Virus record (IMG/VR): IMGVR_UViG_3300027985_001265
Location: 1-64,000 of that record
DNA from: a virus
DNA: 64,000 nucleotides
Direction: 5' to 3' (one strand)
The notes beneath the pieces were generated by a model. The model made no database searches, had not been told where the DNA came from, and was given only the letters and a program-made list of their open reading frames with translations. The translations under genes and the position numbers were made by a program. Below, in pieces: positions 57,247-64,000 of this stretch; positions within the stretch are counted from its first letter, which is position 1; each line of letters starts with the position of its first letter.

Positions 57247-57687
57247 TTATGCGTAAATTGCTTGCCATTTCAGGGCGATTTCAGTTCCTGCTTCAATTGT
57301 CGGGTAGCTCAGTTCTTTTCCATCATCCAAATGTTTGGCAATGAGGACCAGGGTTGAGAATATCCCGGGGTTATACCGGAAGGGTGAATTTTCTATCATA
57401 TCCAGACAGAAAGAGATCAAAGATCCAATATGTGCAGGCTCCTGCCACCAGCCAATTTCTTTAAGCCAGTCTTCAATGTGTTTATCCACGAAGGCTGCTT
57501 CTCTGTCTCCCATTTTGGGCAGGGTCAGCAGATCAGGTATAACTAGTTTCTGCAGTTTTCGTTGAAGACCATCCAACCGGCTATTTTCTTTGGCTTTCAT
57601 GATCATGGGTACTCCATATATCAAGGCCAGTTCAGCCAATTTTCTTTTTTCTTGCTTCGATAACACCAGGCTTTCCTTATGCTGCAT
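57247..57687 (-). CDS. Hypothetical protein
   Basis: ORF in operon; start uncertain. Confidence 0.6.
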   Translation of the reverse strand: MQHKESLVLSKQEKRKLAELALIYGVPMIMKAKENSRLDGLQRKLQKLVIPDLLTLPKMGDREAAFVDKHIEDWLKEIGWWQEPAHIGSLISFCLDMIENSPFRYNPGIFSTLVLIAKHLDDGKELSYPTIEAGTEIALKWQAIYA

Positions 57688-58288
57688 TAAAGTTTTTGAT
57701 GATGGCCTGTGCTTTTTTTGACACCTCATGTTCTGTTTTTTCTGTAGGTTTCGGGATGAATTTTCCCAAATCCGGGTGATTTTTGACCAGGGGATTTACT
57801 GTCCGGAAGGTGTCTACAATTTCCATGAAGGCATTTACCGTCTCCTTGATTTCACACTCAATATGATTAAATGTTTTGATAGCTTGAATGGTTAATGCTT
57901 TCATTTTCTCGTTGTATTCAAGCATATCTATTAAGCGGCCATTATAAAAAGCGGAAGTACCCGGTGTTTCCAAAGCAGGAGTAAATTCAAGAAGAAGGTA
58001 CGCCGGGCCATTTTGAATTATCCATGGTTTTCCTAAACGACCATTATTATCTTCTTGAGCAATATGGAAAGGATACACAGTTCTGGTATATCCATATTTT
58101 TTCAATATACTAAGTTCTTCTTTAGTAAACTGTTTCAAGACTTCTTTTTTGAGAAAATCAAGAATACTTTTTTTCATACTTGCCAGTTCTTTACCCGGAA
58201 TGGATTCATTCATCTTCTTCCGGACATGGGCTTCAATGTTATTTTTGATCTGCTGTTTCAGGGTTTTATTCAAATGACGAGTTGCCAT
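57677..58288 (-). CDS. Hypothetical protein (possibly Nmad5-like)
   Basis: GGAGG RBS; 'FRTVNPLVKNHPDLGKFIP' C-terminal pattern. Confidence 0.6.
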   Translation of the reverse strand: MATRHLNKTLKQQIKNNIEAHVRKKMNESIPGKELASMKKSILDFLKKEVLKQFTKEELSILKKYGYTRTVYPFHIAQEDNNGRLGKPWIIQNGPAYLLLEFTPALETPGTSAFYNGRLIDMLEYNEKMKALTIQAIKTFNHIECEIKETVNAFMEIVDTFRTVNPLVKNHPDLGKFIPKPTEKTEHEVSKKAQAIIKNFNAA

Positions 58289-58297
58289 TGCATCCTC

Positions 58298-58840
58298 CTA
58301 TATTGTTTTGGCCAGTAGAACTTGAGTTACGATCATTCGTTTCAAGTACCTAAGATTATTTTTGTTATCAGCCAATACCTGTTCAATTTTTTCTTCAGGC
58401 AAAGGCTCTGCGATATTAAAGACTTCGGAATCTATTTTGGGCATATACTGCTTGAGGGCTGCCGGGAACAGTCTGTCCAGATCCTCTGTATGTCCTGCCA
58501 TGGCCAGGAAGATACCAACCAATATCTTTACCCCAGTCATAACTTCCTGGTCTTTAAAAGAGCTTTTTTCCAGCAATTTTTGGACATCTTCATAAAGGTT
58601 TACATGTAGGATACGATTACACTTATGAGGGTCCGGAGGTTTTGGAATCGGCCACCATCTCCCTGCAAAGAAGAATGTTGGAGTTCTTGCATTAAGCATC
58701 TTTTGATTGGTTTCAGCGAGCTTCCACATCTCTTCTATCAAAGTTTTTTCAGCATGAGCATCCAAGGCTTTCAAAGTGTTATTCTGGACTTTCCGAAGGT
58801 ATTCCATCCTTTCCCGTTCGAGGTTTCTGAGTTTTGCCAT
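58298..58840 (-). CDS. N4 gp38-like hypothetical protein
   Basis: Position between helicase and DNAP. Confidence 0.65.
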   Translation of the reverse strand: MAKLRNLERERMEYLRKVQNNTLKALDAHAEKTLIEEMWKLAETNQKMLNARTPTFFFAGRWWPIPKPPDPHKCNRILHVNLYEDVQKLLEKSSFKDQEVMTGVKILVGIFLAMAGHTEDLDRLFPAALKQYMPKIDSEVFNIAEPLPEEKIEQVLADNKNNLRYLKRMIVTQVLLAKTI

Positions 58841-58867
58841 GACTATTTCCTTTCATGGTTATAAGTC

Positions 58868-61177
58868 CTATGCAGCCATAGGACTTCTGTATTTGGCCGG
58901 CAGATCTCCGAACATGACCACCCTCTCCCGAGCACGACTGATTGCTACATAGAGCATCCGGGCAACGTCAGACGGGATATTGCATCGGCCGATATCATAG
59001 AGGTCAATGAAGACTTGATCATATGAAACTGCCCTGGGATTTATGGACAGTACTGGCATACGGGGATCTGAGATCCAGCCAGGTATTTTTGATATTGAAG
59101 TACCGGGTCCAGAGTTCTTTACGTTCATGGGGATTATCTTGCATAGCTTTAGAATTGGCTTCTTTGGCTATGGCCTGCATACGGGCTTTGGTATCCATAG
59201 GATTGTTCGGTAGAAACAGAACCTGCTCTCCATTGATTTCCGCATTTCTGCCAAGAACCTCTTCTATGAGTATTTCATCCCCCAGCCATGTGATTGCCAC
59301 CTCGCTGTCTACGGGAGTAACTGTGCCACCAGCGATAATGGGATTATTGGTGATGGCCAGTTCCCCTTCCTGAAAACTGTTGCCAAGGCCTTTTATCTTC
59401 CGCAAGTGCATGTTGTATTCCTGCACTCTAATATTACTCCAGGCTAAGACTTTTGCGCTGTTGATGGAAAATAGAGGGTTTATAAAAGCCTTTTCCATCT
59501 CCTCTTTGAAAGTGGGGCCGTCCACCAGGAGTACCTTGTCGGAAAGTAGAATATCTTGAAATACTTGAGTCTGGACCACTTCACGGAAAGCTGATGCTGC
59601 TTCCAAGATAGGACCGTCATGTCGCATGACTTGGCTCATAATTGCGGTAGGTACCTTGTGCATAAGAAGCTGCATATTGGACACCTTCTGTTGTACCGGA
59701 GCCAACTGAAATACGTCCCCGATCAGGACAGCCTTTGATGTTTTCTGAAGCGATTCCTCTAAAAACCTAAAGGTATCCACGTCCAGCATGCTGGCTTCAT
59801 CCATGATGACGACAGTATCTTTTAAATAGGTAAACCGGTTTGTCTTCTGAAGACTCTCCTTTCCTGTCCGATAATTTGGTACAAGTTTCAATCCAAGTGT
59901 GGAATGAATGGTATTCACCGTTGGGTTTTTGGATAACTCCCTGAGAACTGCAACGGCCTTGTTGGTTGTGGCCGTTAATACGATCTGAAAATCCTGTTTA
60001 TTCGGATCTTCACACATTACGGTCTTGAGTACCTTGTACTGCTTAGAGATGCTGGAAAGCATCTTTTTGATCATGGTGGTTTTTCCCGGAATGTTCAGTA
60101 AAGGCGTCACTCTTTACCAGTTCTTTTATGAACTTCTGCATATTTCTATGCAGCCCAGACCATATCTTCATCTTTTCTATAGCAATCAGAGCAGACACCC
60201 CCTCTTTGAATCCAAGGAGAATCACTGCGTCTGTTGAAAATATTTTGACAGTGTTTACAGGTAAATTTTACATACCTGCGTTTATTGATAACTTCGGTAG
60301 TTATTAACCGAGAACCAAGGATAGAAGTTAATTCCTGTAACTTCTTTTTTTCTTGTAATTTTCCCGTAGCAATTCCACCAAGGCGCCTCACTTTATCTTG
60401 TCTTCCTTGTTTGATGGAATGTTGCATATTTTCTTTATGAGTGGACCACTCTAAATTTGTATTAAAATTATGGAGTCCGTTGTTATCAATATGGTTTATA
60501 AAAGGTTTATTATCAGGATTTGGGATAAAAGCTTCAGCAACTAGTCTATGCACAGAGAATCGTTTTGTTTTTCCATTTATTGAAAAAGTAACCCTATGAT
60601 AAGAAGTGTGTTTTCTTTTATCCACATCTGGCTTTAATTCTCGAATACCTGTTCTTGAACTGTTTGGCATTGAGAACACTCTGCCTTTATTTGAAATTTG
60701 ATATCTACCTTCATAACCTACAATGTCTTTGATAATTTCTGACATGATTTACCTCATTACTTTAATTATTAAACCCTGTGTAAGGTTTAATAAAAATAAA
60801 TAGGTAAGTCTAGTTTCACATCAGCTTTAAAAAGAGTCCCCCATTTCCACATCACTTGATGTGTACGGCTTTCGCCTGGTCGTTGAACCTTCTCCATACT
60901 ATTTTAGATTAGGAGCTTGGCTGCTGATTGCCCATTAATTATCCGTTTACTTGTCAAACCTTTATAAGCTCTTTTCAGGCGTATTGTGGTAAAACGGCTT
61001 TAGGGGTTTCCAGCAATTAAAGGGATTTATTTTGAGGGGATCACTCCCCAAAGGAACCTATTACAAACAAGTTCCGGCAGCCCCCTGGATGATCATGTAT
61101 CGTTCATTGGGATTCTTCAGGAACTTCATGAATGTCTTGATGACATTCTTCTGTTCATCGGTGAGTTCAAAGTCCAA
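58868..61177 (-). CDS. SF1B (Dda/RecD-like) DNA helicase, N4 gp37-like; intron-split and with a 1-nt frameshift near the 3' end
   Basis: Exon 1 at 61177-61070 (MDFELTDEQK...IQGAAGT) joined to exon 2 from 60086 (GKTT) gives Walker A. Also 'DEASM', 'IGDVFQL.PV', 'TVHKSQG', then 'YDQVFIDL...YVAISRAR' in a second frame. Confidence 0.9.
60087..61069 (-). mobile_element. Group I self-splicing intron
   Basis: 5' exon ends in U and the intron ends in G. P1 GGAACU/GGUUCC. P AAUUGCUGGAAA, Q AAUCAGCAG, R GUUCAACGACCA, S AAGAUAUGGUCU. Confidence 0.92.
60146..60745 (-). CDS. Intron-encoded NUMOD4-HNH homing endonuclease
   Basis: 'KDIVGYEGRYQISNKGRV' NUMOD4; 'VHRLVAEAFIPNP...NHIDN...N...NLEW....EN..H'; C-terminal CxxC pair. 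Confidence 0.92.
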   Translation of the reverse strand: MSEIIKDIVGYEGRYQISNKGRVFSMPNSSRTGIRELKPDVDKRKHTSYHRVTFSINGKTKRFSVHRLVAEAFIPNPDNKPFINHIDNNGLHNFNTNLEWSTHKENMQHSIKQGRQDKVRRLGGIATGKLQEKKKLQELTSILGSRLITTEVINKRRYVKFTCKHCQNIFNRRSDSPWIQRGGVCSDCYRKDEDMVWAA

Positions 61178-61188
61178 TAGTTTTCTCC

Positions 61189-61431
61189 TTAATTAGGCAG
61201 AAAGGTCACAATCTTCTTGTGCTTCTGGCTGTATATGAGTCTGAATTTATTTGATCCATAGTTTACATGGACTAGGGTCCGGGAATTGGTTACCTTTTCA
61301 TAACTTTCAGCTTTACCTTCCCGGATGATCCTTTCGATCTCCCTGAATCCACTGTCTGTGATATGGGTGAAATATCTTTGTTCAGCCCGCATTCGGGCAT
61401 GGGATCTTTTATGTTTTCCTCTGGTTCTCAT
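61189..61431 (-). CDS. Small basic protein (RelE-like fold possible)
   Basis: 'HARMRAEQRY' and 'KKIVTFLP' pattern; GGAGG RBS. Confidence 0.6.
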   Translation of the reverse strand: MRTRGKHKRSHARMRAEQRYFTHITDSGFREIERIIREGKAESYEKVTNSRTLVHVNYGSNKFRLIYSQKHKKIVTFLPN

Positions 61432-61612
61432 TGGCCTCCTCTACATTATTGTTATGAGGGCAGTTTTCTAAAATACCTTTATCTGGAATAAGAGGTTCTC
61501 TCTTGAGTTCACAACAAACAAGCCCTTCTCGGTATACTCCTGGTTTACCTCTGAGTCTTATATGCGGGCAGTGATTACAGTGATAAACCATACGTCTGTA
61601 TTCCCAAGACAT
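61409..61612 (-). CDS. Small Cys-rich hypothetical protein
   Basis: CxxCP...C...CP; AGGAG RBS. Confidence 0.6.
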   Translation of the reverse strand: MSWEYRRMVYHCNHCPHIRLRGKPGVYREGLVCCELKREPLIPDKGILENCPHNNNVEEANENQRKT

Positions 61613-61624
61613 AACTAGTTCTCC

Positions 61625-62800
61625 TTAAATCTCATAATGAATAACTTCACCGTATTCTGTAGTGAAATCCGGATTATTGTGAATTACCCAGACCACAGAA
61701 CAGTCCGGGAATTTATCTACTATTGGGGGATCAAACCATCCGTCGGTGAATATGATCAAGACTTCAGGTTCATTTTCACAGGCCCATTCTAGGACAGGAT
61801 GAATATCTGTTCCACCACGGCCTGTGAATTTAATATCCCGCATGACATCAGTGCTTTGGGTTATTTCGTGAATTTCGTGGATCTCTGTATCAAAATCAAT
61901 CAGGGTGATCAGTTCCGGGTGTAGGGTCTGCTGGACCACTTCCACTTCCTGTACAAAGAACCCGAATTCATGATCCTCAACAGAGCAGGAACAATCCACG
62001 GCAAAGACCACATTGTCTACTGCCTCAGAGTAGGCCGATGGCATGATCAAATTCGGCAGGTATCTTCTATTGGGCCGGCGCCAGGTGTAGTCATCCTTGG
62101 CGAACCGGTTCATATAGTTTTGGAAGATCACTTCCCAGGGAAGTTTGGGGTTAATAGTCTTGTCCAGTTCAATCAAGACAGCTCCCGGGATGCTTCCCCA
62201 GGCATTTACTTGCTGGGCCTGTATGGTGGCCTTTAAGACCATATCAGCGATCTCAGCTTCTATTTGACTTGCTTCCGCCTTATCTGCCGGAGGCAGAACA
62301 TCCTTACCTATTCCCGGGACAGTACCTGTCGGGGTGCATGGAATACCCTGTCCGTTACCTGAATTATTTGCCTGATTCTGTTTCCTTTCATCCATGAGGA
62401 TCTTGTAGACTTCTTCATAGGCCATATCTCTAAATCGTTGGTCCAAGAGACAACCTTTAGGAAGCTTGAAGTTAGCATCTGTGAGGATCAAGTTGGCCAC
62501 ATAATTCATGGCGTTGTTGGCTTCCGGATCTTCATGGCCGATACCTCGGGTAATATGCTGCAGGGCTACATGAAGGACTTCATGCAGGAGAACCCCTATC
62601 CTTTCGTCCTGGGTTAGTGTGTCAAAGAATCTGGGACTGAACAGTATATGACGACCATTTGTTGCGGCAGTCGGGATTGTGTCATCCCACTTGAATTCAA
62701 GCTGGAACAGTATGCTGGTATAGAATACTGTGTTTGGATCCATCATGAGCTGAAACTTAGCTTTATCCAGTAGGATATTTCTTTCTTCAGGTGTTTTCAT
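61625..62800 (-). CDS. Metallopeptidase-like plus vWA domain protein (N4 gp25-like)
   Basis: 'TAATNG', 'HEVLH', 'W.RPNRR', 'DCSCS' MIDAS, 'GRGGTD', 'IFTDG'. Confidence 0.9.
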   Translation of the reverse strand: MKTPEERNILLDKAKFQLMMDPNTVFYTSILFQLEFKWDDTIPTAATNGRHILFSPRFFDTLTQDERIGVLLHEVLHVALQHITRGIGHEDPEANNAMNYVANLILTDANFKLPKGCLLDQRFRDMAYEEVYKILMDERKQNQANNSGNGQGIPCTPTGTVPGIGKDVLPPADKAEASQIEAEIADMVLKATIQAQQVNAWGSIPGAVLIELDKTINPKLPWEVIFQNYMNRFAKDDYTWRRPNRRYLPNLIMPSAYSEAVDNVVFAVDCSCSVEDHEFGFFVQEVEVVQQTLHPELITLIDFDTEIHEIHEITQSTDVMRDIKFTGRGGTDIHPVLEWACENEPEVLIIFTDGWFDPPIVDKFPDCSVVWVIHNNPDFTTEYGEVIHYEI

Positions 62801-62972
62801 TAATCCACTCCTCCCACTCTTTAGTGGTGTACCATTTTCCTTTCCAATAATGGGCATTACAATTATGACAGTAGTAGTTTGGATTTTTTCCTAAACCTTT
62901 TGTTAAATCAGACATGAGATCTCCACAGTATTTACATGTTTTTGGCCATGGAGTATTTTTATGTGTCATAGT
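62787..62972 (-). CDS. Small zinc-ribbon protein
   Basis: CKYC/CHNC. Confidence 0.55.
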   Translation of the reverse strand, partial: TMTHKNTPWPKTCKYCGDLMSDLTKGLGKNPNYYCHNCNAHYWKGKWYTTKEWEEWINENT

Positions 62973-63171
62973 CATCCCCTCTCGGTTGGCCATACCAACC
63001 TACCAATGCAGTCAGCGGGACGCTGACTGGTGCGGTGATGAATAGAAAGATCACGAATAAATCAAGGGAAACACTTTTTAAAAATGTGAAATAAACATTG
63101 AAAATTTTCCTGGTAAAGTACCTTCCGAATATGGAAGAAACTTCTCTCAGGAAGTATGAATATGGTTGCAT
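62959..63171 (-). CDS. Small membrane protein
   Basis: GGAGG RBS before MQPYS; hydrophobic segment. Confidence 0.5.
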   Translation of the reverse strand: MQPYSYFLREVSSIFGRYFTRKIFNVYFTFLKSVSLDLFVIFLFITAPVSVPLTALVGWYGQPRGDDYDT

Positions 63172-63344
63172 TGTTCCTCCTCTTTTTTGGTTAATGGTCG
63201 GCACTTAGTTTCCGTGAGCACCACCCCACAGAATTCCGATTGGGTGCAGTGATCCGGGCAATGGGGCCGACCACATGGACAGGTTTCTTTGCAGTGGTCT
63301 ACAGGGTCTTTCACATTGCAGATGTAGAGCTTGGCCGGTTTCAT
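63147..63344 (-). CDS. Small Cys-rich protein
   Basis: Eight Cys in 65 aa; ATGA overlap with the upstream gene. Confidence 0.55.
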   Translation of the reverse strand: MKPAKLYICNVKDPVDHCKETCPCGRPHCPDHCTQSEFCGVVLTETKCRPLTKKEEEQCNHIHTS

Positions 63345-63979
63345 TTAATAAGTTTCATACCTTCAGGAAGTGTCCTGTTATCAAGGTATTTGCTCATTAA
63401 TTCTTTGATAGTATCAATGGATTGTTCACCAATAGCATCTGATTTAATCTGTTTAAGAAGGAGATCTGTTTCTACACGAAGTAGGACATCATCTATGTTT
63501 TCTTCTTTGGCTATTAACGCCCTACGCTCTACTTCTATGTCTATGATCTTTTTTCGGTGTTCTTCCCTGTCTAGGAATATTTTAGTGTCCTTCTTTGAGA
63601 GTTTATAGTTTTTAATTTCAAATCTGGTGTCTTCTGCCCAGGGCATTAAGAGAAGGTTTATTGCGTATGAAAGGTTGAAACCATTATTAGTGACGTTCAA
63701 TGAGATTTCACTAATAATATGGGAAGCCGTTATGATGTTGGAGTCATCCATTAATACCGCACAGGTACTATCACTGAAAAGCATATTTTGATCTTCTTGG
63801 TTTAAGATGCAATTAGGGCCTATCTTAAATATAGCATCCTGCGTTGCTTCAACTAGCTTTTGTAACCAAGGAGTATTTAAAATAATTTCTCCCTTTTCTG
63901 TTTCCAGAATTTCTTCGCATCTTCTGTTTAAACGCAGAAGGGTTCCATCATGTCTGAGTTCATTGAGTTGTAATTGCAA
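63341..63979 (-). CDS. Hypothetical protein (start may lie beyond the window)
   Basis: 212-aa ORF, same orientation as neighbouring genes. Confidence 0.55.
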   Translation of the reverse strand: MQLQLNELRHDGTLLRLNRRCEEILETEKGEIILNTPWLQKLVEATQDAIFKIGPNCILNQEDQNMLFSDSTCAVLMDDSNIITASHIISEISLNVTNNGFNLSYAINLLLMPWAEDTRFEIKNYKLSKKDTKIFLDREEHRKKIIDIEVERRALIAKEENIDDVLLRVETDLLLKQIKSDAIGEQSIDTIKELMSKYLDNRTLPEGMKLIK

Positions 63980-64000
63980 AGCTTTATCTCTGTCTTTGAT

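Larger units (their letters stand above)
1..64000. mobile_element. N4-like (Schitoviridae) bacteriophage genome segment, probably temperate
   Basis: Giant virion RNAP. N4-type order TerL-gp67-lysis-portal-scaffold-MCP-gp55/54/53/52/51-vRNAP, convergent with SSB-AAA-primase-exonuclease-DNAP-helicase-vWA. No host housekeeping genes. Confidence 0.97.

Noticed and set aside
61040-61069. TGT (Cys) right after helicase exon 1, suggesting an intein
   Set aside because: A stop follows two codons later, there is no HN C-terminal motif, and group I intron elements explain the insertion
1-64000. tRNA, tmRNA or rRNA genes
   Set aside because: No cloverleaf with a GTTCRA T-loop and acceptor stem recognised by eye; tRNAscan/ARAGORN would be decisive

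Overview
The window is most of an N4-like (Schitoviridae) podophage genome, read in reverse of the usual N4 map. The + strand from about 4.6 to 37.9 kb carries the late/virion block: gp69, terminase, gp67, tail fibre, SLT endolysin/holin, portal, scaffold, major capsid protein, gp55-gp51 and a 3454-aa virion RNA polymerase. The - strand from about 37.9 to 64 kb carries the middle/replication block: ligase, ThyX, SSB, AAA ATPase, primase, exonuclease, RuvC, DNA polymerase, helicase and a vWA/metallopeptidase. The RNAP II early genes are presumably beyond the right edge. Departures from a textbook N4-like phage: (1) a P4-type tyrosine integrase, an attP with arm repeats on both sides, AlpA, Rha and an HxlR regulator, suggesting a temperate phage seen in its excised form; (2) ten middle-region proteins, including most of the replisome and the excisionase but not the integrase, end in Ala-Ala, an ssrA-like ClpXP degron; (3) a ~720-nt ORF-free, modular, highly structured RNA candidate downstream of the DNA polymerase; (4) a group I intron with a NUMOD4-HNH endonuclease that splits the helicase Walker A motif, which the ORF track misses; (5) candidate nucleotide-sponge anti-defence genes at the head of the late operon; (6) a capsid protein with a ~125-aa insertion, plus extra fibre modules. 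All family calls come from motif recognition and N4 synteny; no database searches were run.
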